A stretch of DNA of 64,000 bases from an uncultured virus (IMG/VR IMGVR_UViG_3300046718_000884) (IMGVR_UViG_3300046718_000884); one strand, 5' to 3'. Positions 9,068-18,097 are shown, numbered from the stretch's first letter. Made by a program: numbers and translations. The notes: generated by a model from the sequence alone, not told the origin.

Positions 9068-9195
9068 GGTGAGGATGGTGAGGATAGTGACCATGCTGCG
9101 GCGATACTACCAGAACTGTCAGTATTTCGATATCGTTTCAGTGACAGTTTACCCCCTTACGCCGCAGCATGGTCACCATGGTCTCCATGGTCACT
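9068..9195. repeat. inverted iteron-like array, candidate replication origin
   Basis: 3x9-mer GGTGAGGAT/GGTGAGGAT/AGTGACCAT (9068-9094) mirrored at 9169-9195; perfect 17-bp IR 9087-9103/9160-9176 around an AT-richer core. Confidence 0.7.
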
Positions 9196-9214
9196 GATTT
9201 GATTTTTATCAAAC

Positions 9215-11665
9215 TTACTCAACTTTCTCGACATACCAACGGATTGCACCATGGGTGTTGCCGTCATCCTTTAAGAACCGCTTCTTCGCCGCGACCCTGC
9301 CGACGTACTTTCTGAGCCAATATTGCATGCGAGCGGTGTCAACTTCCGCGCCGCCACGGGCGGGAAATTGCTCCTTCATGATGGGGTAGAAGCCATCGAT
9401 CTTGGAATCCTTGACCGCGTCAGCGATGGTCTTGGGGGTTCCCTGGAACTCCGCATACCAACCCTCAAGCATCGCAGCTAAACGTATGGTTGCAGGATCA
9501 TCCTTCGCCGTGGTCTCCATCGTCTCTGCCGGATCGGTCTCGCCGAGCCACACCAGCGGCTCGCGCACGAAGTGCGACCACGCGCCGTAAGAGCCGAGCG
9601 AGAAGATCCCGAGCTTGGTCTGGCTAACGTGGTAGGCCCGCGCGATGATCAGGACGTCGGCGATGTAGCGACCACGGTCGCGGCGCGCGGTGATGATCGG
9701 GTCACCATCGAACGGGCGCCGCTCGGGATGCTCCTCGCCGGCGTCGAGGTCGCAGCGCATGGTGCGGCGGCCCTGTTCATCCACGATCGCGAGGTTGTTG
9801 CCGGTCATGTAGATGACCACGGCGTTCTCGATCTCCACGATCTCCAGCACGCCGAACAGGCGGATACTGATCAGTGGCCGCTCGGTCGCCATGTTCAGTG
9901 TGGGCGTGTCGATGTCGCGGCTGACATTGTCGATCGAGAACCCGGGCACACCGGCGATCAGCATGGCGTTGATGCCCTTCTCCGTCTCCTCGTCCTTCTT
10001 GCTGGTGCCCATGGCCGGGCATGGCCGACCGATTGCGACGGTACTGGCCAGATCCACGAGATGCGACTTGCCGGTGCCGGGCGCCCTGGCGGATACGGCA
10101 AGCAACGGCGACACCGGCATGGCGCAGCGCAAGACCTGGGTCTTGAGCATGGTCAGCGCGACGCTGCGGGAGGCGCGATTGACGAACGGGTAGGAGTCCA
10201 GCAGACCATTGAGCCGCCCCAAGGATTCCCGCGCGTCGTGTTCGGTCGGCGCCTCGGGGATCTCTGGCATCACCAGATCACTGGGGAACATCAGGTAGTA
10301 GCGTGACACAGGGTCATAGCCCGGTGTCATCAATAGCGAACCGTCGGGCCGGAGTGTGGGCGATGTCAGCACACCACGCACATGCGGAAACGGCCAGTCG
10401 CTGCGGTTGTTCAACACGATCTGCACCAGCTTGTCGGGCGGATCACAGACCACAAAAGCCCGACGCCTGCCGTCCCACTTCTGCCAGACCGCCACCTCGG
10501 ACAGCATCTTCATCAGCGCTGGCGCGGTGATCGGCACCAGCGCCGCGCTATGCGTCACACCACCGTCGGCAGTGCGATATTCCTGTTCGGTCGGCTGCAC
10601 GAGCATGCCGCGCTGATAGATCGGCGCGCCAGCCGCTAGCAGTGCCTCCTGGGCCTGCCGCACCATGCGCGGCAACTCGCCGGCCACGCAGACGATGACG
10701 CGCTGGCCGTCCGGCAGCGGATCGCCCCTGCCGTCGCCCTCCGGCGGTGGCGGCTCAGGCGGCTCACCACCCTCCTCCACCCCACCAGGGGGGTCGTCGG
10801 GTGGTACCTCACCGAGCGGCGGCGCCGCCGGCGGCACGTAGGGCGGCGCCTCGCGGGCGTGGTATTCCAGCCCCTCGACGGTGCCGCCGGCGTCCAGCCA
10901 GTCGGTGACGTCGCCCTTGGGCGGCAGGTTGGGTAGCAACAGCAGCTTGATCGAGGCGGCCACCGGGTAGAGCGAACGCGCCACAGTTGCGGCGTGTGCC
11001 TCACCCACTGCATCATTGTCGGCCAATACGACGACGTGCTTGCGCAAAAAATAGCGCTGCATTTCATCGCGCCACTTGCCAGAGCCGCCGATATTGCAGG
11101 TCGCGATTAATCCCAGCTTGGTGAGATTGTCGCAGTCCTTTTCGCCCTCGCAGATCCAGATGGTCTGCTCGCCCGAGGCCAGCACGCCGGGCAGCCGGTA
11201 GACCAACAGGTCATGGCCGGGCAGATCTCTGACGTTCCACTTCCACTTCTGATCGCCGCGCGCGGTGTAGCCATCGGGCCGGCGCTGGAAAAACCTGGGG
11301 TTGCCGTCGATCGTGCGGATGACGTCGAGGATCAGCGCGCCGTCGGCGTCGTGGTAGTGATAGACAACGCCGATGTTCTCCCACGGCTTCTGCCGCCCGG
11401 CGTGGCCGTTGGCGCCGTTGGCTTTGGGCCGCGCCGGCAAGGGACCGATCGCCATCTGGTGGAGTTCGCGATAGCCACCACCTTCATTGGCCTCATTGTC
11501 GAACCACACCAATTCGTTAATTTTGATACTCTTCGACTGATGCGCGCCGAAGCGCACTTCGTTCTTGTTATGCGACCAGTCGGTCGGTAGTCCCCACAGC
11601 TTGATGGCCAGCTCTAAGATGCTCGGCCATGACGGATCAGGCCGGAATGGCTCGCCGGCCATCAC
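9215..11665 (-). CDS. DNA primase (TOPRIM) fused to P-loop NTPase/helicase
   Basis: WICEGEKD, LADNDAVG, KGDVTDWL TOPRIM motifs; Pro-rich linker; PGTGKSHL Walker A, IDNV, MTGNN. Confidence 0.88.
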   Translation of the reverse strand: MMAGEPFRPDPSWPSILELAIKLWGLPTDWSHNKNEVRFGAHQSKSIKINELVWFDNEANEGGGYRELHQMAIGPLPARPKANGANGHAGRQKPWENIGVVYHYHDADGALILDVIRTIDGNPRFFQRRPDGYTARGDQKWKWNVRDLPGHDLLVYRLPGVLASGEQTIWICEGEKDCDNLTKLGLIATCNIGGSGKWRDEMQRYFLRKHVVVLADNDAVGEAHAATVARSLYPVAASIKLLLLPNLPPKGDVTDWLDAGGTVEGLEYHAREAPPYVPPAAPPLGEVPPDDPPGGVEEGGEPPEPPPPEGDGRGDPLPDGQRVIVCVAGELPRMVRQAQEALLAAGAPIYQRGMLVQPTEQEYRTADGGVTHSAALVPITAPALMKMLSEVAVWQKWDGRRRAFVVCDPPDKLVQIVLNNRSDWPFPHVRGVLTSPTLRPDGSLLMTPGYDPVSRYYLMFPSDLVMPEIPEAPTEHDARESLGRLNGLLDSYPFVNRASRSVALTMLKTQVLRCAMPVSPLLAVSARAPGTGKSHLVDLASTVAIGRPCPAMGTSKKDEETEKGINAMLIAGVPGFSIDNVSRDIDTPTLNMATERPLISIRLFGVLEIVEIENAVVIYMTGNNLAIVDEQGRRTMRCDLDAGEEHPERRPFDGDPIITARRDRGRYIADVLIIARAYHVSQTKLGIFSLGSYGAWSHFVREPLVWLGETDPAETMETTAKDDPATIRLAAMLEGWYAEFQGTPKTIADAVKDSKIDGFYPIMKEQFPARGGAEVDTARMQYWLRKYVGRVAAKKRFLKDDGNTHGAIRWYVEKVE

Positions 11666-11768
11666 ACGCGCTCCGGTCGACAGCCTCCGCTACAACCCCG
11701 GTCGGCGCCGGTGAACGTGATTGAAATTAGCGATGAAACGGGCACCATTGATAGTTCGCTCCCACTTG

Positions 11769-11902
11769 CGTCGGTGCCATCTCCCGTTTACAGTCCGCCC
11801 CTGTGTGTGCTTGGTGGACTGTACGGGGAGATGGCTCCGACGGCACTTCTGGCATTGCTCGACTGGCGCCCCCGGTACTTCCATACCGGGGGCGTTTCGT
11901 TT
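11769..11902 (+). ncRNA. candidate structured/antisense RNA in the primase leader
   Basis: ~30-bp imperfect stem 11769-11842, perfect 11-bp stem 11867-11894, then TTTCGTTT; intergenic. Confidence 0.4.
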
Positions 11903-11960
11903 ATCCGACCTCGCAGCTTAGTCCTTCGGACCCTGTTGTGACCAGCGCGTTGCGGTTCTC

Positions 11961-12182
11961 TTACGCCACCGAACGATCCCCACAACCCGCAGGGTTATCC
12001 ACCATCCAGGGCGCGCAGGGCACGCACCAATGAACATCGGGCGCGGTATCGGTGCCGATGCAGACGATGCAGGCCGGCGCACCACAGGCGCAGCGACGGC
12101 GCGCGAACGCCGCCGCCAGCTCGGCGTGATACGCCATCAGCGCGGCGCGGCTGGCATCAGTCGAGACACTGGGCCTGGGCAT
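11961..12182 (-). CDS. small Cys-rich protein
   Basis: CACGAPACIVC...WCVPC. Confidence 0.5.
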   Translation of the reverse strand: MPRPSVSTDASRAALMAYHAELAAAFARRRCACGAPACIVCIGTDTAPDVHWCVPCAPWMVDNPAGCGDRSVA

Positions 12183-12339
12183 CCTCGTCACTTTGCACCT
12201 TGAAATGGGTCGGCGTCGCGGTGTTGAGCAGCTCGATGCTCAGGCCCTTGCCGTGCGACCAGTCCATCACGTCATCGACTATCAGACAGAGACGCAGCCG
12301 CTCATAGGTGCGTCGGTCAAGCCAGTAGCCGGCCACCAT
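12157..12339 (-). CDS. hypothetical protein
   Basis: GGAGGAAG SD before ATG 12339. Confidence 0.55.
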   Translation of the reverse strand: MVAGYWLDRRTYERLRLCLIVDDVMDWSHGKGLSIELLNTATPTHFKVQSDEDAQAQCLD

Positions 12340-12372
12340 TTTACTTCCTCCACATAAACCAACCGACAACTA
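12339..12372. repeat. 34-bp direct repeat, copy 1
   Basis: TTTTACTTCCTCCACATAAACCAACCGACAACTA; 31/34 identical to 13864-13897. Confidence 0.9.
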
Positions 12373-12374
12373 CG

Positions 12375-12911
12375 TCAGACGCCCCGGGCCAGCACTTCGA
12401 TCAGGATCTCTTCATCCGCCCCGCCTAACCCTTCGGCACGCTCCAGCACGACCTGTCGTAGATCGGTTTCCTGCTGCAGGGCGGTGACCTGCGCTTGGTA
12501 GGCGCCAACGTGACGACGATAACTACCCAGATCGATGGTGTGACGCGGCCACCAGATCGTGCGACCGGATTTCTCATCGATCGGCTCGATCTTGTCTTCG
12601 ACTACCTTTTCCGGCGGCACCGCGAAACGGAAGCCCAGCTTCAACTCCTCAAATCCCGGCAACAACGGCACGTCATCACCATTGAGCCGGATGCCGCGTA
12701 TCTTGTCCTTCATCACCGCCCGCGCGATCGGCGGGATCAGCTTCGCGGCGGTCCATTGGGGATACAGGCTAATAATGGCGATAAGCTCCTCAGAGCACCC
12801 CGCCACGATATCTGGCATCGCCAGATTTTCGTCGCGGTGATCGGTCAGACAGTATCGCGCCACCATCCGCTCGATCTTCTTGCCGACCGTTTCCTCGTGT
12901 CGCGATGCCAT
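12375..12911 (-). CDS. hypothetical protein
   Basis: 178-aa ORF, TAATG coupling. Confidence 0.7.
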   Translation of the reverse strand: MASRHEETVGKKIERMVARYCLTDHRDENLAMPDIVAGCSEELIAIISLYPQWTAAKLIPPIARAVMKDKIRGIRLNGDDVPLLPGFEELKLGFRFAVPPEKVVEDKIEPIDEKSGRTIWWPRHTIDLGSYRRHVGAYQAQVTALQQETDLRQVVLERAEGLGGADEEILIEVLARGV

Positions 12912-13861
12912 TATGACCCCCTGTGTTTTTTCAGCCCCTCGTTAAATTCTGTGAGCCACGCCAGGGCAATCGGCACCGTTTGACCGAAGGTATTGGCGCG
13001 CCATTTATCGGTCTCCGCCAGCATCTCGTGGACTGGTGGCGCTTCCTGAAAATATGCCACCGCACGGGACAGCGCTTGGCCGCGAAAGATCTTTTGCTCA
13101 GCAGCATGCGTGGCGGCTGGATCGACCGGCGGATAGCCTTTGCCGTTGTAGAGGATTTCCTTGCCGATCTCCTTGGCCAGCGACTGGATCAGCAGCGGTG
13201 ACAATGACCGCTTGCCGGTGTAACGCGAGATCACCCGTTCGATATCCTCCAGATCAGGATTGCGCTTGCCGTTGACGATCTCATCGAGTTCCTTCAGCTT
13301 CTTGCGCAGCGCGCGTTTCTCGTCGGCATCCTCGGCGACCTTGCCCTGCAGTTCCTCGATCTCCGCCGCCGCCTTGGCGCGAGCCTCCCGCAGGATCGCC
13401 TTGCGTTGCTCGACCAGCGACTGCGCCGCCTGCTCCTCCACCTCGGCGCGAACCTTCGCCACCATCTTCTCGGCCTCGGCCTTGGTGATCCGTTCGCCAG
13501 CCTTGGCACGCTCCACCGCTTCATCGGCCAACGCCTGCGGCACCGAAGGGGAGGCGAGCATGCGCGCGGCATGAAAGTCTATCTGTAACGGCTCCGAACT
13601 GGTATTAGATACCAATGCATTACTGAAACGATCAGCCACCCTGATCAGCGCGTCCGCCGTGATCCGTGCCACGTCGTGATCCATGCACCACGTGGTCCAC
13701 GCGCCGCGCACATCCTCCTTGATCGCGGCGAACTGCTTGCCGGCCTCGATCCAGTGGTAGAAGCCCGCTGCCATGTGCGTGCGTGCTACCCGCAGCCGCT
13801 CGGCACATCGCGCCTCAGTCTCGGGATCGAGCGCAGCCTTGATGGGAACCACTTCAGACAT
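12911..13861 (-). CDS. DUF3102-like protein with coiled coil
   Basis: IEAGKQFAAIKEDVRGAWTTWC...ITADALIRVA; central coiled coil; strong SD. Confidence 0.6.
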   Translation of the reverse strand: MSEVVPIKAALDPETEARCAERLRVARTHMAAGFYHWIEAGKQFAAIKEDVRGAWTTWCMDHDVARITADALIRVADRFSNALVSNTSSEPLQIDFHAARMLASPSVPQALADEAVERAKAGERITKAEAEKMVAKVRAEVEEQAAQSLVEQRKAILREARAKAAAEIEELQGKVAEDADEKRALRKKLKELDEIVNGKRNPDLEDIERVISRYTGKRSLSPLLIQSLAKEIGKEILYNGKGYPPVDPAATHAAEQKIFRGQALSRAVAYFQEAPPVHEMLAETDKWRANTFGQTVPIALAWLTEFNEGLKKHRGS

Positions 13862-13863
13862 CG

Positions 13864-13897
13864 TTTTACTTCCTCCACATCAACCAACCAACAATTA
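13864..13897. repeat. 34-bp direct repeat, copy 2
   Basis: TTTTACTTCCTCCACATCAACCAACCAACAATTA. Confidence 0.9.
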
Positions 13898-13951
13898 TTA
13901 TTACAACTATCGTCACCAGAGTATAGGGGATATACCAACTCCAAGGCATAA

Positions 13952-14311
13952 TCAGTTATTACCGACCCTGACATAGAGCTTATACTTGTGCGCGTGGTTA
14001 TTCTTGGAGTGCGACTTGACGTAGCCGCCGTGCTCTTCAAACGTGGCGTCGCGAATGATCTTGTCCCTGACCAGATGATTCGCCAGCGCGCCCCAGCACT
14101 GCGGCACCCGTGGCACGCCGATGCCGGGGATCGCCTTGACGATCTCAAAGAGAAAGATCTCACCCCACGGCGCGTGGCGCACGATCAGCATATAGGCGTT
14201 GCCGTGCCACAGCGGGTCACGGGCGAGTGCCCTGGCCATGCCGGTTTCCTTGCGTCCCTCGGCGATCGGCAGGTTGAACTGCTTCGGGTCATCGATGGTG
14301 CGCCGTCTCAT
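13952..14311 (-). CDS. hypothetical phage protein (MRRRTIDD...)
   Basis: GGAGG SD, ATGA overlap; WGAL...SHSKNNHA motif. Confidence 0.65.
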   Translation of the reverse strand: MRRRTIDDPKQFNLPIAEGRKETGMARALARDPLWHGNAYMLIVRHAPWGEIFLFEIVKAIPGIGVPRVPQCWGALANHLVRDKIIRDATFEEHGGYVKSHSKNNHAHKYKLYVRVGNN

Positions 14312-14793
14312 ACCGGCAACGCCTCCTCCGAACGCAGCGGGAAGATCAGCCGGCGGTTGCGCGGTATCATCCAGAGATCGAGGTTCGCGAGACAGCTCTC
14401 GGTGTCCCAGCAGATCGCTGATTGTGCGCCGGCCAATCGCGCCGCTGCCATGAACTCCGCCTGCATGTCGGAGAGCTGGCCCTGGCGCAGCCGCTTGATC
14501 TCCTGAAAATACACCTGACCGCGAAACAGGAACATCAGGTCGGGCACGCCGCCACCGATGCCCTGGGCGAGCCGCGCGCCAGGGCGCGCCATCGCCGAGT
14601 TGCTGATATCGCTCGCCCACCACATCACCGCGAATTTGGAGATATGCCGCGCCGGGGCGATCTCGTGGGTCAGCCCCTCGGCGATCTGGCGGTGCAAGTC
14701 CAGCTCCTTCGGCTCGGTCATGCGCAGGTTGAGCTGCTCCGGTGCCGGTCGCCTCGCCAAGACTGCCTCCCATGCGCGTCGCATGGTGCTCAT
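14308..14793 (-). CDS. VRR-NUC domain nuclease
   Basis: GVPDLMFL...FQEIKRLRQGQLSDMQ. Confidence 0.8.
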   Translation of the reverse strand: MSTMRRAWEAVLARRPAPEQLNLRMTEPKELDLHRQIAEGLTHEIAPARHISKFAVMWWASDISNSAMARPGARLAQGIGGGVPDLMFLFRGQVYFQEIKRLRQGQLSDMQAEFMAAARLAGAQSAICWDTESCLANLDLWMIPRNRRLIFPLRSEEALPV

Positions 14794-14978
14794 GCTGCAC
14801 GACGCTCCAGGCGGTCGACAACCCGGCGCATATGCAGCTCAATCAATGCGCTGCGGGTGATCATGTCGCGCTCGGCGATCTCGCTGATCTGGCGGATCAG
14901 CGCGGGTGACATCGATACGGTGATCGACACCTTCTTTACCCCCAGCGGCAGCGGTCGCGGGCCACGTGGCATTGACAT
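14790..14978 (-). CDS. ribbon-helix-helix (CopG/Arc-like) DNA-binding protein
   Basis: KVSITVSMSPALIRQISEIAERDMITRSALIE; AGGAG SD. Confidence 0.75.
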   Translation of the reverse strand: MSMPRGPRPLPLGVKKVSITVSMSPALIRQISEIAERDMITRSALIELHMRRVVDRLERRAA

Positions 14979-15009
14979 TGATGGTCTCCTGTTTCTCATA
15001 AGCAGCTAG

Positions 15010-15035
15010 TTGACAGATCCGGCGCGAGATGTCAA
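15010..15035. promoter_or_regulatory. TTGACA-N14-TGTCAA dyad in the divergent control region
   Basis: Lies between the divergently transcribed RHH and Gp157-like genes. Confidence 0.5.
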
Positions 15036-15045
15036 ATGGTGAAAC

Positions 15046-15597
15046 ATGAAAGCCCCAAGCAAACCCACCACCCCGCCGACCGCTCTGCAACTGGAGCAGT
15101 CGATGTCATTATGGATGCAGCTCCAGCAGATGCCCGACGAGGAAGGGTTCCGGCTGGACGAGGAAGAGATCGAGCAGCGCATCCGCGAGGCCGGCCTGCG
15201 CCAGCCGCACGAGATGCTGGCCGCATTGATCGACGTGGCGTTCACCCTCGACCAGCGCGCCGACCACGCCGACAGCCTGCGCCGGCGCTACGCCGACAAG
15301 GCCGCACGCTACCGCGAGCGCGAGGAACGCACGCGCGCCACGGTCAACCGGATGATGGAGATCTTAGAGGTGACCGCCTGCGAGGCCGAACTCGGCACCG
15401 CCTCTTTCGCCAAGCCGCGCAAGACCGTGGTCATCACCGATTTCGATGCCCTGGACGAGCGGTTCATCCGCCGCACCGACCCCGAGCCGCGCAAGCTCGA
15501 CATCGCCGCCGCCATCAAGGCCGGTGAGACAGTCGCGGGCGCCGAGATGTCGGACCCCGGCAACTCACCGCCGGTGCTGCGGCTGACTAAGTATTGA
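15046..15597 (+). CDS. siphovirus Gp157-family protein
   Basis: Coiled coil then VVITDFDALDERFIR...PRKLDIAAAIKAGETVAGAE; next to an SSAP gene. Confidence 0.75.
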   Translation: MKAPSKPTTPPTALQLEQSMSLWMQLQQMPDEEGFRLDEEEIEQRIREAGLRQPHEMLAALIDVAFTLDQRADHADSLRRRYADKAARYREREERTRATVNRMMEILEVTACEAELGTASFAKPRKTVVITDFDALDERFIRRTDPEPRKLDIAAAIKAGETVAGAEMSDPGNSPPVLRLTKY

Positions 15598-15622
15598 CGA
15601 TCGTATATACAGGAGCAACCCC

Positions 15623-16702
15623 ATGCCCGATGACGCCCGTAAACTCCCCACCATCACCGCAGCCGAGCGCCTCGGCCAGTTCATCGAGGAGGCCGCGCTC
15701 AATCCCACCTTCGACGCCGATAAATTCACCCAGGTCGTGAGGTTGCACATGGACATCCAAGACCGTCAGGACAAAGGTGATTTCAACGAGGCGTTTGCTG
15801 CCGTGCAGGGCGATCTGGACCCGATCGTGCGCAATGCCGAGAACCGTCACCTTGGCAACAAATATGCCGGCCTCGACGCGGTCGACGCGGTGCTGCGACC
15901 GGTGTGCCGCAAGCATGGGCTGTCCAGCCGCTTCGGATCGATGGACGGCGCCCCCGAGGGTCACGTCCGCAAATGTCTGACGGTGTCCCTGGGGCGATAT
16001 TCTGAAACGATCTTCCTCGACTTCCCCGCCAGGGTGGCCGGCTCGCGCGGCGGCACCACCCAGATGAACGAGCAGCAGCAGGTCGGCGCGGTGTCCACCT
16101 ATGCGCGACGCTACCTGCTGCAGGAGTTTTTCAATCTGTCCACCATCGCCAACAGGATCGATGACACTGACGGCGATACCGGCGGCGGTGGGACGGGTGG
16201 CACGCGCACGACCGGCACCAAGACCGAGACCAAGACTGACACCACCACGGACACCAAGACCGAGACCAAGGTCACACCGCCCGATGGCGCGACGGTGTTC
16301 CCCTCAATAGCGAAAAACCTAGCGCGCGCGGTGACGCTGGCGAACCTCGACAGCCTGGAGCGCAACGGCACGATGGTGTCGTATCGCGGCCAGCAGACGC
16401 CGAACAATCAGGCGCTGATCGATGGCATGTTCGCCGCGCGTCGCGCCGAGCTGACCACGAGCCAGCCTGCGGACCTGCCGGATGATCTTGACCTGGGGAC
16501 CACCACCACGTCGCCCGGCGAACCATCCGAGTTGCTCACCCGGGTGCTGGCGCGCATCGCTAGCTGCCTGACCACGGTGGCGCTGGACTCGTGCGCGGTG
16601 GCGCCCGAGTTCACGACCGACGTCGCGCGGCTGAACACCGCCGAGGGCGAGCGGGCGACCGAGGCGATGAAAGCGCGCTATCGTGAGTTGGAGGCCAAAT
16701 GA
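15623..16702 (+). CDS. erf: ERF-family single-strand annealing protein
   Basis: FNEAFAAVQ...KYAGLDAV...KHGL...GAVSTYARRY; Thr/Lys-rich linker; C-terminal extension. Confidence 0.82.
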   Translation: MPDDARKLPTITAAERLGQFIEEAALNPTFDADKFTQVVRLHMDIQDRQDKGDFNEAFAAVQGDLDPIVRNAENRHLGNKYAGLDAVDAVLRPVCRKHGLSSRFGSMDGAPEGHVRKCLTVSLGRYSETIFLDFPARVAGSRGGTTQMNEQQQVGAVSTYARRYLLQEFFNLSTIANRIDDTDGDTGGGGTGGTRTTGTKTETKTDTTTDTKTETKVTPPDGATVFPSIAKNLARAVTLANLDSLERNGTMVSYRGQQTPNNQALIDGMFAARRAELTTSQPADLPDDLDLGTTTTSPGEPSELLTRVLARIASCLTTVALDSCAVAPEFTTDVARLNTAEGERATEAMKARYRELEAK

Positions 16703-17037
16703 AGCGACCACCCAGCAGCGGAGAGGCTCCCAACGGCCCACAGGGGGTCGTGGGAGGCGCTAGCGGCGGCAACGTGCAACCCCTCCGCCGGCTCGACCCG
16801 GTGATGCAGGGAGCCTATCAGGAGGCGCTGGAGCGCCTCTTGGAGGCGATGTGCCTGACCGCCAGCATCAACCAGCCCGCCGCCGCCGCCTATGCGGTGC
16901 TGTTCCGGACCTGCGAGGTGACCGCGCCGTTCGGCGAGCACGGCGAGCACACGGCGAAGATCCTGCGCGGCCTCGACCGACGCCTGCGCGCGCATCTGGC
17001 CGGCGGCTCCCACAAGCCTGATCCGGACGCCGCGTGA
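16699..17037 (+). CDS. hypothetical protein
   Basis: GGAGG SD, ATGA overlap. Confidence 0.55.
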   Translation: MKRPPSSGEAPNGPQGVVGGASGGNVQPLRRLDPVMQGAYQEALERLLEAMCLTASINQPAAAAYAVLFRTCEVTAPFGEHGEHTAKILRGLDRRLRAHLAGGSHKPDPDAA

Positions 17038-17177
17038 TGCTGTTCGGCATCCTCATGGTGATCCTGGCACTCTGGGCGATCGTCGCCGCGACCAATGCCG
17101 ACGCGGCCTGGGCGGTACTGATCGGGCTGTTCGGCACGGTCGGGCTGATCTTCTGGGCGCTGGCCACCGTGCTATAG
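17037..17177 (+). CDS. small two-TM membrane protein (46 aa, below track cutoff)
   Basis: MLFGILMVILALWAIVAATNADAAWAVLIGLFGTVGLIFWALATVL; TGATG coupling. Confidence 0.6.
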   Translation: MLFGILMVILALWAIVAATNADAAWAVLIGLFGTVGLIFWALATVL

Positions 17178-17183
17178 GGGGTG

Positions 17184-17339
17184 ATGGAGACCGCCCTGGA
17201 GCGTGAGCTGCGGGCCGAGATCGCCGAGCTGCGGCGCCAGAACGCCGATCTGGAGCGGCAGAACCGTGAGCTGCGCGAGGCGGTCACGGCGCTGATGGCG
17301 GCGCCCAAACCACCCGACGAACCCGGATCGTTCTGGTAG
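17184..17339 (+). CDS. small coiled-coil protein (51 aa, below track cutoff)
   Basis: METALERELRAEIAELRRQNADLERQNRELREAV... Confidence 0.55.
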   Translation: METALERELRAEIAELRRQNADLERQNRELREAVTALMAAPKPPDEPGSFW

Positions 17340-17350
17340 GGTCGCGGCGC

Positions 17351-17428
17351 ATCAATGGGTTAGCCCTGTCGGAACTCTTTACACATGCGTTGCGAGATAC
17401 TGTGCTTCACTATGGCGGTTACCTTGCA
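17351..17428 (+). promoter_or_regulatory. sigma54-type promoter with enhancer-like box and IHF-like site
   Basis: ATCAA-N4-TTA (17351-17362); TGTCGGAACTCTTTACA (17367-17383); TGGC-N7-TTGCA (17413-17428). Confidence 0.62.
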
Positions 17429-17443
17429 AGGGAACCCACCACG

Positions 17444-18097
17444 ATGCGCAACCTCCTCCTCTCCACCATCGCCGCTGCCGGACTGGCCCTGGCCACGCCG
17501 GCAAGTGCCGCGCTGATCTCCTCGGCGTCCGCACCCGGCCAGCTCGCCGCCGGCGCCTGCTCGGCCAACGACGGCGGCACCGGCTCGCTGAACACCAATT
17601 GCTCCGGCGGGATCTACTCGTCCATCGCCATCTCGGCGGCGGCCCCACCGCTGCTGAACGCGCCAGACCTGAGCGCCACCACGCTGACGGTGAAGACCAC
17701 CGGCCTGGGCGCGGGTAGCTCGACGCTGGACATCAACATCGACAGCAGCGGCTTCGCGTTCGCCGGTGGGCCGGTGACCGCGATCTTCACGGTGAACAAC
17801 CTGATCGGCGGCGGCGCGGGACCCTTCGTGCTGATCGCCTCGTCACCGGCGGGCACGCTGTCGCATACGTTCACCGCGTCGGGCAGCGCGCAGGACGGCC
17901 CGACGGTGCTCGGGGCGTTCACCTCCGATCACGCCGAGTTCCAACTGACGTTCACGGGGAACACGGTGCAGTCGCTCGATGCCACGATCGAGATCGTCGG
18001 TGCATCCGAGCCGGTGAGCATGGCGCTGCTGGGCGTCGGCCTGCTCGGCCTCGGCATGGTGCGCGGCAAGCGTCGCGATCCCGGTGCGGTCGCATGA
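17444..18097 (+). CDS. PEP-CTERM-type sorting domain protein (SEP variant)
   Basis: Signal peptide MRNLLLSTIAAAGLALATPASA; S/T/G-rich body; C-terminus ASEP-VSMALLGVGLLGLGMV-RGKRR. Confidence 0.82.
   Translation: MRNLLLSTIAAAGLALATPASAALISSASAPGQLAAGACSANDGGTGSLNTNCSGGIYSSIAISAAAPPLLNAPDLSATTLTVKTTGLGAGSSTLDINIDSSGFAFAGGPVTAIFTVNNLIGGGAGPFVLIASSPAGTLSHTFTASGSAQDGPTVLGAFTSDHAEFQLTFTGNTVQSLDATIEIVGASEPVSMALLGVGLLGLGMVRGKRRDPGAVA

Noticed and set aside
16186..16272. ACC-rich repeats in the ERF gene as a regulatory array
   Set aside because: Explained by a coding Gly/Thr/Lys linker (TKTETKTDTTTDTKTETK).
17037..17339. Two-TM peptide plus coiled coil as a lysis cassette
   Set aside because: No endolysin or lipoprotein signal nearby, and the genes sit in the recombination operon; left as hypothetical.
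17371..17391. EcfG-type GGAAC...CGTT promoter
   Set aside because: Spacer is 12 nt instead of about 16-17.
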